Virus record (IMG/VR): IMGVR_UViG_3300029121_000001
Length of the DNA: 64,000 nucleotides
Source: a virus
Direction: 5' to 3' (one strand)
In this document: positions 35,768-46,434 of the stretch, in pieces
Position numbering within the stretch: the first letter of the stretch is position 1
Layout of the letters: every line of letters starts with the position of its first letter
Notes under the pieces: generated by a model
The model's database searches: none
What the model was told of the DNA's origin: nothing
The model's input: only the letters and a program-made list of their open reading frames with translations
Program-made: the position numbers and the translations under genes

Positions 35768-37039
35768 TTAATTAGGAATTCTTGCCATAGTATTCTTAAT
35801 ATTTCTTTCGATAATATAAATAATCATTGGAATTAAGAAATAATTTTCCATATTATTCTCGGTTTCAATGATTCTTTCGAGAGGTAGAATATCTTCAGTT
35901 CCAATAGTATCATCAAAGTTAAAATACTTAATGAGTAAATTATACTTAGCATATTTACTATCAGAAGGAAAGATTTGATTTTCTAGAATATGACCAATCA
36001 TTTGGTTATCTAGAATATTAAGTGCAGGAGCATATACTTCTTGAGCTGGATCTGGATTAACATAAGTTAATTCAAAATAATTCTCATATCTTGTTCCAAA
36101 GATAGTTCCAGGATCGCTTATATAAACAGCAGTAGACGCATGTTTACATCCAGGAAGTAAATCCTTTTCTCTATTTTCTATGACTTTCCAGATAGACTTA
36201 TTATACTTGATATTGAAATCAGGTTTTAAATTAGTCTTATGATCAATAAAGTCATATTTTTCTCCAGAATTAGATAGAATCTTATGTCTAATACAAAATT
36301 CTATCATATACGGATCATAGAAAAAATCTGAATTCATGCCTGTTTGACAGACATGATATAGATGAACAAAAGTATATGTTTGCACTTTATCATTGAAGTA
36401 TAATCCTTTAAACAGTTGCTTAAGATTTACACAAACATCATCAAGATGCTTACATACATCATATTTAGACTGCTGTAGAATAGGAGTATACTCGGTGCCA
36501 ATATTACCAGAAACAAATCTGAATTCATCCACAATGTTATTGACCATTCTAGAATCATCATTGTGAATAAGTGCATATTCGATTCTATAATAATTGGCTC
36601 CATTATCGAAAGTGTCAGGAGTTACACTTGTAACCTCAAACTGATACCGCTGCTTAATCATCTTGATAACAAATTGATCTCCAGGATATGGAGTAATAGT
36701 ATCAGGAAGAATATAAGCATCTCCAGAAACATCTCCTCCAGCAACACCGAAATCATTGTTTTCTAGAGCAACGGTAATACGATCTAATCCATATAGATAC
36801 ATATCATGAATCAGATTAAATCTAAATGGAGTATCCTTACCATCATCAGCATAGTTAATTTTAAGAGATTTATCAAGTGTAGATTTGTTTTTATTGATAT
36901 TATAATAATCTACAGGGAGTGCTTTCTTGTCATTGAACAAATAAAATGGATTTTTGAGTAGATCTCCCTGTAGATCAATTACTGATTGAGTCATCTGAGA
37001 ATGACTTATATTAAGCAATCCCACAGTATCTACCTCCAT
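35768..37039 (-). CDS. hypothetical (probable virion) protein
   Basis: 423-aa ORF. ATG 37039 has no RBS, and GGAGG sits inside codons 1-3, so GTG at 37024 is a plausible true start. Confidence 0.6.
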   Translation of the reverse strand: MEVDTVGLLNISHSQMTQSVIDLQGDLLKNPFYLFNDKKALPVDYYNINKNKSTLDKSLKINYADDGKDTPFRFNLIHDMYLYGLDRITVALENNDFGVAGGDVSGDAYILPDTITPYPGDQFVIKMIKQRYQFEVTSVTPDTFDNGANYYRIEYALIHNDDSRMVNNIVDEFRFVSGNIGTEYTPILQQSKYDVCKHLDDVCVNLKQLFKGLYFNDKVQTYTFVHLYHVCQTGMNSDFFYDPYMIEFCIRHKILSNSGEKYDFIDHKTNLKPDFNIKYNKSIWKVIENREKDLLPGCKHASTAVYISDPGTIFGTRYENYFELTYVNPDPAQEVYAPALNILDNQMIGHILENQIFPSDSKYAKYNLLIKYFNFDDTIGTEDILPLERIIETENNMENYFLIPMIIYIIERNIKNTMARIPN

Positions 37040-37065
37040 TTAAATAATTATATGGATGTTTTTGA

Positions 37066-37593
37066 TCAGCCTTTGTTGTTAGAATCCCAAATTACGGGCA
37101 TGTGGTTATAGAAAGTGATAAATGCAGCTTTCTGAACAGCATTATCAAATGTAGGAAGAATCTCATTTATTACAATCTTATTGATATCATCGATATTTGT
37201 ATTATTCACAAGACGTGTATTTGTTGAATCAAGGAAAGCTTTTTCTCTATCAAGAACGTCTGCATCTGAATAACCATTAAAATGAGGAGCATGAGGAATT
37301 TCAGGAACTTTAAAATCATTCCAGTATTCATTATCGCAATGATAAGTTACCATTCCATTAGGTGTAGGGAATCCAACAACAAACATTCCATCGAACATTG
37401 TTCCATCTTCATGTTTTCTTGCCTTCCAAGCATAAGGAAGATGAATCATTGCAAGGGCAAGTAGATAAGTACGATGTTTATAAAGATCACCAAAAGTATG
37501 ATATCCATCAGAAATATCATCTGCAGAGTTTTTAGTACGGTCTTTATATTCTTTGATCTCATTATTGATCTTTTCAATTATTGCATTTGTCAT
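37066..37593 (-). CDS. hypothetical protein
   Basis: 175-aa ORF, TAAGGAGTA RBS. Confidence 0.6.
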   Translation of the reverse strand: MTNAIIEKINNEIKEYKDRTKNSADDISDGYHTFGDLYKHRTYLLALAMIHLPYAWKARKHEDGTMFDGMFVVGFPTPNGMVTYHCDNEYWNDFKVPEIPHAPHFNGYSDADVLDREKAFLDSTNTRLVNNTNIDDINKIVINEILPTFDNAVQKAAFITFYNHMPVIWDSNNKG

Positions 37594-37613
37594 GTTTATT
37601 TACTCCTTATAAA

Positions 37614-38093
37614 TTAAATAATATCAGAAAGATTAGTACTCTGAATAATTTGTTTAAATTGAGCATCAGAATCTTGATAAATCTTTATCAAGAATTTACA
37701 GTAGTGATAATAATCATGGAAAATTTGTTCAGCTTTTTGTCTATTGTTTACGATAGAATTGATATTAGGAATATTGATAGAATCCATATCAATTGTGATA
37801 TTTCCATTATCACAATTACCAAATGGGAAATCATTAATCCATCCAGTATCATTATCTTGATCAATTATACTATCAATCAAATCATTGAAGAATTCTATAA
37901 ATTCAGGTGCTTTTGCTTTTAGAGAATTAAACCAAAATACAGAATTAATAGGTCTTATTCTTTGTGTAAGATAGTTGTACTCATATCCAAGACTTGACGA
38001 ATAAAGAATAACCTTATGTTTAAGGTTATTAAATTTCAAACGTTCATCAAGGATATTAACCATTGCTTTAGTATAAACATCTTGATCCATCAT
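37614..38093 (-). CDS. hypothetical protein
   Basis: 159-aa ORF, AGAAAGAGGT RBS. Confidence 0.6.
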   Translation of the reverse strand: MMDQDVYTKAMVNILDERLKFNNLKHKVILYSSSLGYEYNYLTQRIRPINSVFWFNSLKAKAPEFIEFFNDLIDSIIDQDNDTGWINDFPFGNCDNGNITIDMDSINIPNINSIVNNRQKAEQIFHDYYHYCKFLIKIYQDSDAQFKQIIQSTNLSDII

Positions 38094-38146
38094 TATTACC
38101 TCTTTCTAAAAATAATTTAATATACAAAGAGTATATTATTAATAAG

Positions 38147-38965
38147 TCAAAGATCGAAAATATGCTTTTTATAAGCATTCGTATTTTTAGATTGTTTAAT
38201 AGATACAGATTCATTAGAATTACAGATATCATCCGGATCTTCATAATATGGAGCATATCTAGACGATCCTTTATATCCACTATCTATATCAGAAACAGCA
38301 TTTCCAGGAAGCATTGATAGAAATGATTGAATCATTTGAAATCCCAACATTGTTAGATCACATCTACTCAATCTATAGATAATCTCCAACCATGTATTAT
38401 CTGCATCTACAATAAATGAATATTCTTTATTCATTGTAAATCTAACTCCAGGACATTTACCATATTGACTATGAACATAAACATCTGGAGTTACTTCAAT
38501 AGAAGAACCATTATATGGATTTGAGAAAATCTCAACTGATTTTACTTTATCTGAATATATGATGAGATTATTATTATTAATGCCAAAACAACGATTCAAT
38601 ACCTTTGAATTAAAGTATTTCATATTGTTTACGATATCATCAATCGCATATCCATTAATATAAATACCAGTTGATCTTAACTCATCTCCAGGATGATCTT
38701 TCGAATAATTCGGATTGGGATACTCAAAAAATAAATAAGTGTTGAGTTTATATGAAGCACTGATAAGATGATCTACATTCTTATATTTATCAGATCTATA
38801 TCTGATTTCATTATAAAATCTATGCTTATTTCCTTGAGGATCCTTCCAGCTTAGATCTGCTACTACTTTTAAATTTACCCCAGGAGCAATATATGGTACA
38901 AGATATGATTTTATATTCTCTAATTCAAATAAAAGATTTAATCTTTCTTTTTCTTCTTTAGTCAT
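38147..38965 (-). CDS. hypothetical protein
   Basis: 272-aa ORF, AGAGAGGT RBS. Confidence 0.6.
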   Translation of the reverse strand: MTKEEKERLNLLFELENIKSYLVPYIAPGVNLKVVADLSWKDPQGNKHRFYNEIRYRSDKYKNVDHLISASYKLNTYLFFEYPNPNYSKDHPGDELRSTGIYINGYAIDDIVNNMKYFNSKVLNRCFGINNNNLIIYSDKVKSVEIFSNPYNGSSIEVTPDVYVHSQYGKCPGVRFTMNKEYSFIVDADNTWLEIIYRLSRCDLTMLGFQMIQSFLSMLPGNAVSDIDSGYKGSSRYAPYYEDPDDICNSNESVSIKQSKNTNAYKKHIFDL

Positions 38966-39068
38966 TTATATATACCTCTCTAGCGAATTCTTTTATATAT
39001 AAAAGTCTCATAAAAAATAAAAGTCTAGCAGAGGGAGGAACCCTCCACCAGACTTTTAAATTTACTTG

Positions 39069-41000
39069 TTACTTACTATTCTTCTTATTGGTGCGAATAG
39101 AGTAACGAACTTCACCCTCCTTATGAGGCTTAGTGTTATCAACAGAGACAGTAAGTTCATCAGCTGCTGCATTCGTGTTCTGCACACAGCTCATGATCTT
39201 GCTGGGGAACGGATAATTCACACGACTATCCGCGACCATGATAAACTTATCAGGATTGGTATAAGAGCTAATCCGGAAACGAATATTATCAAGGCTCTTG
39301 TTTCCGAGAACCTTGTAAATATTCTTGACCAATTTCACCCAATCATCATAAGTGATCTCAGGAAGATTGCTCATGTCCATTCTATCAGCAAACATGAATC
39401 CATTGTTAATGGCGATAATCTCAGGAGGAATCTGAGCATTGAGCATACGATTGTCTTCCTGAGTAATAGTACCAAGAATAAACTTAGTTACCATTGCCTG
39501 ATCATGCAAGCAGATGCTCGGTTCACGACGAATATCATGACCTTTGATCAGGGGCATGACCCGGATATCATCGCCATAGATCGTCTTATAATCTACGCCA
39601 ATGATCTTAAGCAAGATCCAATTGCCATGCTGATCAAGCAAGGCAGGATTATAGATTCCTGCTGCAATGACACCAGGATAATCGGAGCTACCATAACTCA
39701 CGACCAGACCGAAACTATTGATCAAATTGGTCAACCGTTCAATGCCAGGATAAGTTCTGGCAAAGAGCTCGTTGTTTCCAGCCTCAACAGCAGCAATCTG
39801 AGGAGGCTTATTGGAAACAGGCTGTGCAGGAGCAGTAGGAGTTGCAGGAGCAGGCTGATTAGCCTCAGGAGCAGGAGTTACAGGAATAGCTTTTGCGACC
39901 CCATTGCCAGCAAGAACATCATCAAAAGTGATGTTCTGCTCATTGGGATCGGTGCCAGGCAAAGTAATTGCCTGAACCATCTGGACCTGACCTTCCGGAG
40001 GATCAACAACATGGAGATCAGTCACAGGAGTTACATTTCCTGCACTCTGAGGAGGCTGAGAAATTGCAGACGACACACGACGAATGGCTGCTGCGATAGG
40101 TTGTTCATTCGGACGAACAATCTCAGGAGCTCCATTATTGTTGTTTGCAATCGGCGCTGCTCCTTTAGGATTCTGTTGAGGAACAACAGCTTCCATGGGC
40201 TTTGCTGCATTCGCATCCAAGCTAATATCCTCTTCGGAATTATTAGCAGATGGCGTTACAATTGGCGTATCATCTGTAGGAGCTCGATAATCTACAGGGT
40301 CATCAAAATGACCTGCCTCAACATAGCCATTCTTTTCTGCGATGAACATATTGCGGACTTCTTCAGGAATGTCAGTCTGCATATCCACAGCCTCATTCCA
40401 GGCCTTGATCTTCTTATGGTCAATCCCATTGGCTTCATTATAGAAGTCGGGGATAAATTCCATAATAAGATCAAAATCCATGGTCCCGGTAATGAAGCCA
40501 TGGACGATGCCAAACGCAATAACTTTATAAACGTTGGCATTGCCTTGTTCATAAAGTTTCTTCGCGTTGCGGATGGTCTCCTTCTCATCTTCAGCGGATC
40601 CAATGTTGGTAAGAATAACTCTACCCAACACATTGAAATATCTATGAATAGTCATCATAGAGATTTCAGGTGCGCTATCATTGAAAGGAAGCTGGAACCA
40701 TCTATTTGCGATAGAGAATACGTGTCCATCAGCCGGAGTATACATGTTTGTGAATTGTCCCATCTCGAATTTGTCAATATAATTATTCACATAACGAGAT
40801 GCTTGATCACAAACATCCTGATCAATGCAGCTATCTGCAAGGAGCGTACTGAAGCAAATTTTGTGTTCAGGATCTTTCCCATACTCAGGGCACAGTCTGT
40901 CCATAGATTCCCAAAATTTTTCTTCATCGATAACGATACCGTATTTCTTGTTGAATTCAACAATGTCTTTAGGAATTTCACGATTTCTAGTTGCGGCCAT
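39069..41000 (-). CDS. hypothetical abundant protein with central Pro/Ala/Gln-rich linker
   Basis: 643-aa ORF, AAAAGGAGAT RBS, terminator downstream, GC-richer 'optimal' codons. About 190 aa of low-complexity linker (PAPEANQPAPATPTAPAQPVSNKPPQ). Confidence 0.7.
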   Translation of the reverse strand: MAATRNREIPKDIVEFNKKYGIVIDEEKFWESMDRLCPEYGKDPEHKICFSTLLADSCIDQDVCDQASRYVNNYIDKFEMGQFTNMYTPADGHVFSIANRWFQLPFNDSAPEISMMTIHRYFNVLGRVILTNIGSAEDEKETIRNAKKLYEQGNANVYKVIAFGIVHGFITGTMDFDLIMEFIPDFYNEANGIDHKKIKAWNEAVDMQTDIPEEVRNMFIAEKNGYVEAGHFDDPVDYRAPTDDTPIVTPSANNSEEDISLDANAAKPMEAVVPQQNPKGAAPIANNNNGAPEIVRPNEQPIAAAIRRVSSAISQPPQSAGNVTPVTDLHVVDPPEGQVQMVQAITLPGTDPNEQNITFDDVLAGNGVAKAIPVTPAPEANQPAPATPTAPAQPVSNKPPQIAAVEAGNNELFARTYPGIERLTNLINSFGLVVSYGSSDYPGVIAAGIYNPALLDQHGNWILLKIIGVDYKTIYGDDIRVMPLIKGHDIRREPSICLHDQAMVTKFILGTITQEDNRMLNAQIPPEIIAINNGFMFADRMDMSNLPEITYDDWVKLVKNIYKVLGNKSLDNIRFRISSYTNPDKFIMVADSRVNYPFPSKIMSCVQNTNAAADELTVSVDNTKPHKEGEVRYSIRTNKKNSK

Positions 41001-41025
41001 AATAAATATATCTCCTTTTATTCGT

Positions 41026-41061
41026 AAAAATAAAGACCGTAGGAATTTTATCCTACGGTCT
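41026..41061 (-). terminator. rho-independent terminator
   Basis: agaccgtaggaattttatcctacggtct plus T-run on the minus strand. Confidence 0.75.
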
Positions 41062-41072
41062 GGCTAACACTA

Positions 41073-41255
41073 TTACTTCTTCTGATTCTGTGACGCTTTA
41101 GTATTGGATACTGTGCTCCAGAATTTTGCGCCACTTCCTGCAAAGAAGCAGACTACCACCATTTCGATGAAGCACAAGATCAACCGTGCATAGTCAGAAA
41201 TACCTTTGCATTTCTTTTTGAGAAACGCAAAATATACCATGCTATAAGTCAGCAT
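41073..41255 (-). CDS. small membrane protein
   Basis: 60-aa ORF, AAAGGAGGT RBS, one or two hydrophobic helices. Confidence 0.55.
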   Translation of the reverse strand: MLTYSMVYFAFLKKKCKGISDYARLILCFIEMVVVCFFAGSGAKFWSTVSNTKASQNQKK

Positions 41256-41270
41256 ATTTTTACCTCCTTT

Positions 41271-41735
41271 TTATGCTAACACATTTTCCTTCCGAGGGAT
41301 GTCCTCAAAAACCTTTTCAACACTGTTTGCAGCTTTGAGGATCTTAGCAAACTGCCGCAGCTTGAAGATGTCTGCATGCAGAAGCTCAATGCGGTAATTC
41401 GCTAACCCATCAGGACGATTGATCTTTCTGATGGAGATGCGTGCGTGATCCCATACCCAGAAAGTACTGCATGCGTCCTGAATCGTCCTTGCGATATCAT
41501 CGCCTTTAGATCCGCTCACCATGCCCTGAAAAATGAAGGCACGAACATATTTGCTTTCAACGCCAGTGCTGGTGCAAGCAACATCATTGCCATGAGAGAT
41601 GATCGATTTCCCCTCAAAGGTATTACGGATATCGTAATCCGCGGGATTCCAGTCGATTTTGGCCTGAATGAGTTTCTTGATTTCAGACTTATCGAAATTG
41701 TTGATAGACTTCTTCTCATTGTTGTTACTAGTCAT
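41271..41735 (-). CDS. hypothetical protein
   Basis: ATG at 41735 (MTSNNNEKK) with TAAGGAGGT RBS, downstream of promoter box/hairpin 41787-41829. Confidence 0.6.
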   Translation of the reverse strand: MTSNNNEKKSINNFDKSEIKKLIQAKIDWNPADYDIRNTFEGKSIISHGNDVACTSTGVESKYVRAFIFQGMVSGSKGDDIARTIQDACSTFWVWDHARISIRKINRPDGLANYRIELLHADIFKLRQFAKILKAANSVEKVFEDIPRKENVLA

Positions 41736-41786
41736 AATTTTGTACCTCCTTAAAAGTACGTTTAAAAAGTGTGAATAAAATGTTTT

Positions 41787-41829
41787 GATGGAAGATATTT
41801 CTACTTCCATTCACTATTATTATATCTAC
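41787..41829 (-). promoter_or_regulatory. TATAATAA box plus immediate stem-loop
   Basis: Minus strand GTAGATATAATAATAGTGAATGGAAGTAGAAATATCTTCCATC upstream of 41271-41735. Confidence 0.55.
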
Positions 41830-41895
41830 TCAAATTTAAGAGAAATTAAAAAAAAATAATGAGTAAGGTATTTCTACCTTACTCATTATTATCAT

Positions 41896-42228
41896 TTACT
41901 TAATCTCAATAGAATTCTCATACAAAGGATACTCATAGATATTAAATCTATAGATATATTTGGGTCCTTGTGGATTATCACTCTTAGGAATAACGTTTAC
42001 AAAAGCACTATAAATAAGATGATTTTTAATATCTTTCTCACTCATATCACTATTGTAAATATTAACCTTTATGTCATTATTCTTTTCAAATTTCTTTGAA
42101 ATTTCTCCACATTTAGTCCCAATATAAAATATAGCACTATCTAAGCTAGTGAAGCAAATACCTGCTTCAACATCCATTTCAGTACCACAAATTACATTTT
42201 GACTATTTACATAATAAACATTTGGCAT
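41896..42228 (-). CDS. hypothetical protein
   Basis: ATG at 42228 immediately after the helicase stop (TAATATG). Confidence 0.55.
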   Translation of the reverse strand: MPNVYYVNSQNVICGTEMDVEAGICFTSLDSAIFYIGTKCGEISKKFEKNNDIKVNIYNSDMSEKDIKNHLIYSAFVNVIPKSDNPQGPKYIYRFNIYEYPLYENSIEIK

Positions 42229-42229
42229 A

Positions 42230-43882
42230 TTAATCATCCTTTCTGTTTTGAGTTTCTGATGCAAAATATATAGCTGGCATATCTTTTTGTTTAATAAACT
42301 CAATTGCTTGAATATTCTTTGGACAATTATATTCAATGGGATATTTAAATCTGTCTCGCATCTGAATGCGAGTCTCTTCATCTATATTAGCCAATTTCGG
42401 ATTATCTACAAACATCACTTTTGTTTTTGAGGCGTATTTATTAAATATAGGTCTCTTAGCATTGAAGTATGATGTAAGTTGCTTAAATCCGACATCTACT
42501 AGCTCAATATATGATGTATTATGATTTCTTGTTCTACCAAGTGTCTGTCTTGTAATAACTTCAGATTTAAAAGGTTCTGCTAAAACAACAGAATATTTCA
42601 GATCTGGAATATCCTCACCTGCACCTGCAGATTTAGTAGTTGTAAGAATATACTTCTTAAGTTTTTCATTTTGTTTATCATCACTAATAGAAGTATAAAT
42701 TCCAACATCATTCCACAGTTCAGGATAGTTGAACATAATCCTTTCATAAACTTTTTGAATTGCAGAATTGGTTCCAATATAAAATAATGCTTTGCCTCCA
42801 GTTCTATATATCAAAGAGAAGATATAATCAAACATTATCCAGAATCTATTATTCTTCATCAGATATTCAATATATAATGGATTACTCAATCCATATACAC
42901 TATTCTTACAATAGTTAATATCTGAAGGTTTAGGATAAGAATTATATTTAATAGCAATATAATTTGTATGAGCATCTACATCCGGATTAAACAAATTGAT
43001 AGATGGCACATTCTTCATATATAGCTTATAAATAATATCTTCTTGTCTATCAGATCTAGAAGGAGTTGCCGTGATATAATAAGTTCTCCATACGTCTTTT
43101 GTAGCAAAATCTATCAAAGCCATATTTTGAAAATTCTGATGAGCTTCGTCAAAAAACTTAATTCCGATTTTAAGTTTTTCAAATAACAATCCTACCTTAT
43201 CCCATCCATGAGTAGATCCATACGTCTGTAAAGTAGAATGTGTACAAAGATAAAGAGACTTATTGCTTATCATAGTAGAACCACTAATGATTCTACTAAT
43301 CATAGATCCTCCCTCAATCTTAACAATTTCAGAATCTTCTATATCTGTATATTCTTTAAACTTCTCTCTCCATTGATCAAGAATACCAGATTGAGAAGTA
43401 ATTACCATAGACCTTATTCCCAAATAACTAAGAGCACAAGCGGCAATAAAAGTCTTTCCTTTACCAGTAGTAAGATTCAATGAAAATTGTGATTTACTAC
43501 TATTCACATAATACTTATCCTTACAAAGAACAAACTTTAAAGATTCAGTTTGTACATCATCTCTAGGAAGCATTTTCATTCTAATAGATTTAGTTACTTT
43601 TGCGTATTGATGTGCATGAACAACAGAAGAACTAAAAGATCCATCATCGATAGTAGATTCTACTTTTCTTCGTACAAAATCTACATCAATTCCTCTAGGA
43701 AGATATAATCTTCTATTCTCTTTATCATAATAAATTCCAATGTATTCAATTCTATGGCAGAGTTTATTCCATATTCCAAATTGTCGTAATAGTGTAGGAA
43801 AATCAGATGGATCACAATCATTAATTACTATAGCAGAATTATGAAGAACCATCTTACATTCATTAGCTGATTTAAGTCCCAT
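42230..43882 (-). CDS. superfamily-2 DEAD/DEAH-box helicase
   Basis: Walker A TTGKGKT, DEAH box FDEAHQ, motif III ITATP, motif VI QTLGRTRN. ATG at 43882 lies after terminator 43899-43933. Confidence 0.8.
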   Translation of the reverse strand: MGLKSANECKMVLHNSAIVINDCDPSDFPTLLRQFGIWNKLCHRIEYIGIYYDKENRRLYLPRGIDVDFVRRKVESTIDDGSFSSSVVHAHQYAKVTKSIRMKMLPRDDVQTESLKFVLCKDKYYVNSSKSQFSLNLTTGKGKTFIAACALSYLGIRSMVITSQSGILDQWREKFKEYTDIEDSEIVKIEGGSMISRIISGSTMISNKSLYLCTHSTLQTYGSTHGWDKVGLLFEKLKIGIKFFDEAHQNFQNMALIDFATKDVWRTYYITATPSRSDRQEDIIYKLYMKNVPSINLFNPDVDAHTNYIAIKYNSYPKPSDINYCKNSVYGLSNPLYIEYLMKNNRFWIMFDYIFSLIYRTGGKALFYIGTNSAIQKVYERIMFNYPELWNDVGIYTSISDDKQNEKLKKYILTTTKSAGAGEDIPDLKYSVVLAEPFKSEVITRQTLGRTRNHNTSYIELVDVGFKQLTSYFNAKRPIFNKYASKTKVMFVDNPKLANIDEETRIQMRDRFKYPIEYNCPKNIQAIEFIKQKDMPAIYFASETQNRKDD

Positions 43883-43898
43883 GATTAATACCTTCTTA

Positions 43899-43933
43899 AA
43901 AATAAAGACCGGAGAGTATTTAGCTCTCCGGTC
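43899..43933 (-). terminator. rho-independent terminator after the RNAP beta-prime-like gene
   Basis: gaccggagagtatttagctctccggtc plus T-run on the minus strand. Confidence 0.75.
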
Positions 43934-43940
43934 CATTTAA

Positions 43941-46067
43941 TTATTCTTGCTGATCTCCTTTATCATTAGATACAAAATAAATTGCATCTACATTACCCTT
44001 CATATCATATTCATCATTAGAACGGAATTCATCAGAAACCATTTCATCATTAACCATGAATTTCTGAGGTTGTTCCATAAAGTAAAGATCAAAGATACTG
44101 GGTTTATGCTTTTTAGTAGACAAAGGAGAAACCAGAGTCTTACCAACACGCTGATATTCGAAGTTAACAGTAATACTCGGAGAATAATTTAATGCAGAAC
44201 TTAGAGTGAGGATCTTATAAGGTGCATTCTCAATAGCCCAATTAGGCATTTCAAGAATATTATCAGGATCTCTCATCTGATTTGCAAGAATAGTCTCCAA
44301 ATGAACAGCAGAAATTACCAGACCACCTTCAAGGTTTGCATTGATAAATTCTGCAACGATACTATCCTTATCAAAGGAAGAAGTATCTTTCTTTCTATCA
44401 ATGATATGCTTAGATCTTTCAAGAGTTCTCTGAAGTTCCTTATTCTGAATCTTGACACTAAAGATACTAGGCAAACCTTTAATAGCATCAAGAGGAATAG
44501 TATATACTCCATCATCTTCTTTAGCTTTCTTAGATTTAAGAATTCTATTAAGATCTTCTGTTAGATAGATATTATCTTCATCCACTGTATGGAATGTTAC
44601 AATTCTACCATCAGGATACAGCACATCAAAAGATGGAGTGAATTCTTCATAAATAATTCCATCACTGTCATCATCGTCATCAGAATCAAATTTACTAGAA
44701 TCCAAAACCAGATAATATCCAGATACATCCGTATCTTCATCGATATTGATAGAATTCAATTCGATTTTAAAGATATCAAAGAACTCAGGATTCCACTTCA
44801 TTTCGATGACTGCAGATTCAAGCAAATGCTTTGCGGACAGAAGCATCTGTGTATATTTCTCAGACAGAAGCTCAGCAGCCAACTTGCCAGGATTGATATC
44901 TCTATTAGTATAATAAAGATCACCATAGCATTTATGGCAAATGCCATGACCTCTAGCATAAGACTGACATGTGATAGGAGATCTGAAATATAGAGTCTTT
45001 CCAATAAGATCAGTATCTTTATCAGAATCCAAAAGATAATCAGGACCATGAGGATTAAACTTATAATATCTCTTATCATAGAGCTTTAAAAGTTTAGCAT
45101 CCTTGATAGTCATCTTAATGAAGTTTGCAGTATCACAGCAATAATTAGGATCATCGTTCAAGAATGTATCCAGATTATTAGTTTCCAGTAAACGTGCAAA
45201 TGCACCAGAGGTACCGACATTCATCTTCTGCAGAATCTGGGCAATTCTACCGACAGAGGAGTCAATAACATAAGATTCAGGATTCTCGACACCACCATTC
45301 ATGAAAGAATTATTAATGATATATGGGAAAATTCCTCCCTGACCATCAGGTTTAGTGCCAATATTGACAGACACTTCCTTAAACTGTTTCGGAGAAATAG
45401 CTTCACCTGAAGTAAAAGAGTCTCTCAAGCAATGATCATTTGCTTTGATATATTTGATCTGCATATTGGTATAATCCATGCCAATAGCTTTTACATCTTC
45501 AATAGGTGTATTAGACAGATCAGCATGGATAGACTCATTAAAATCAGGATACCTTTCCATCAGTTTAATGGTATCAGTGAAATTGACAGTATTTGCTAGA
45601 TACATAGCAAATTCATCAATATACTTCATCTTGGAAATCATATCATCAAAAAGATTATTGAGCACCATAAAGTTAATATCTTTTCTATGTGCTTTAATAA
45701 GCTTATTACAATAAGCTTCAATATTCTTTTTGGTAATAGCTGTCGTATTAAAGATATACCTTACGGTAATAATATCTCCAATGCAAATCGAGAATGTCCA
45801 GAAAATTAGATTATACCAATAATCTACCAAAGTAAATGTTACAAACTCATCAGAAGGATCAAGTCTATACTCAGGATCATGATTAAAATGAACTCCAATC
45901 TTATATGCTTGAACATCAGGTTGCTCAATGCCATCTCTCATTATATTGAGAATTCCATTAAAGTGATCCATAAAATTATCAGGATTAATTGTGTTTACAT
46001 CAATCTCCTGATATCCAGTTTGTGCGAGTTGAACATATGGGCCATAGTTTTCATAATAAGTAACCAT
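43941..46067 (-). CDS. multisubunit RNA polymerase beta-prime-like subunit (C-terminal half)
   Basis: FRSPITCQSYARGHGICHKCYGDL aligns with beta-prime RSPLTC..G.C..CYG.DL. Upstream DSSVGRIAQILQKMNVGTSGAFARLLE is bridge-helix-like; downstream LSEKYTQMLLSAKH is trigger-loop-like. Confidence 0.55.
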   Translation of the reverse strand: MVTYYENYGPYVQLAQTGYQEIDVNTINPDNFMDHFNGILNIMRDGIEQPDVQAYKIGVHFNHDPEYRLDPSDEFVTFTLVDYWYNLIFWTFSICIGDIITVRYIFNTTAITKKNIEAYCNKLIKAHRKDINFMVLNNLFDDMISKMKYIDEFAMYLANTVNFTDTIKLMERYPDFNESIHADLSNTPIEDVKAIGMDYTNMQIKYIKANDHCLRDSFTSGEAISPKQFKEVSVNIGTKPDGQGGIFPYIINNSFMNGGVENPESYVIDSSVGRIAQILQKMNVGTSGAFARLLETNNLDTFLNDDPNYCCDTANFIKMTIKDAKLLKLYDKRYYKFNPHGPDYLLDSDKDTDLIGKTLYFRSPITCQSYARGHGICHKCYGDLYYTNRDINPGKLAAELLSEKYTQMLLSAKHLLESAVIEMKWNPEFFDIFKIELNSINIDEDTDVSGYYLVLDSSKFDSDDDDDSDGIIYEEFTPSFDVLYPDGRIVTFHTVDEDNIYLTEDLNRILKSKKAKEDDGVYTIPLDAIKGLPSIFSVKIQNKELQRTLERSKHIIDRKKDTSSFDKDSIVAEFINANLEGGLVISAVHLETILANQMRDPDNILEMPNWAIENAPYKILTLSSALNYSPSITVNFEYQRVGKTLVSPLSTKKHKPSIFDLYFMEQPQKFMVNDEMVSDEFRSNDEYDMKGNVDAIYFVSNDKGDQQE

Positions 46068-46123
46068 TTATAATTCTCTCCTTTTATAGAACTATAATAT
46101 GTATCCATCAGTAATATTGAGTT

Positions 46124-46354
46124 TCAGAAACTATCAGTTTTAAAATAATCTCCTGCTGGAGTACTGATCTTATCTTCATCCAATACTGCTAGTATACAAT
46201 AATACAATTCAGGAAATTGTTTCTTTAAAGCTTCTTTATCAATATCAAATATTGCTTGAAGCTTTTCTTTATTAGATAAAGATTCCATTTTCATAATATT
46301 TTGCTTTGAGCTAGGATCTGCATGATAGACATGCATTTCAAGGAATTTATTCAT
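46124..46354 (-). CDS. hypothetical small protein
   Basis: ATG at 46354 with TGGAGGT RBS. Confidence 0.5.
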   Translation of the reverse strand: MNKFLEMHVYHADPSSKQNIMKMESLSNKEKLQAIFDIDKEALKKQFPELYYCILAVLDEDKISTPAGDYFKTDSF

Positions 46355-46384
46355 AATACAACCTCCATTTATTAATTGATAATT

Positions 46385-46434
46385 AGAATAATAAAATATC
46401 ACTTCTGGTATTCTATTCATAGTTATAATATCTT
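46385..46434 (-). promoter_or_regulatory. TATTATAA box plus imperfect stem-loop
   Basis: Minus strand AAGATATTATAACTATGAATAGAATACCAGAAGTGATATTTTATTATTC upstream of 46124-46354. Confidence 0.5.

Noticed and set aside
39066-41027. 653-aa plus-strand ORF mirroring the 643-aa minus-strand gene over its full length
   Set aside because: The translation is Ile/Arg/Ser/Asn-rich low-complexity junk with no RBS. The minus-strand gene has an RBS, a terminator and natural composition. The antisense frame stays open because the sense gene avoids TTA/CTA/TCA codons.
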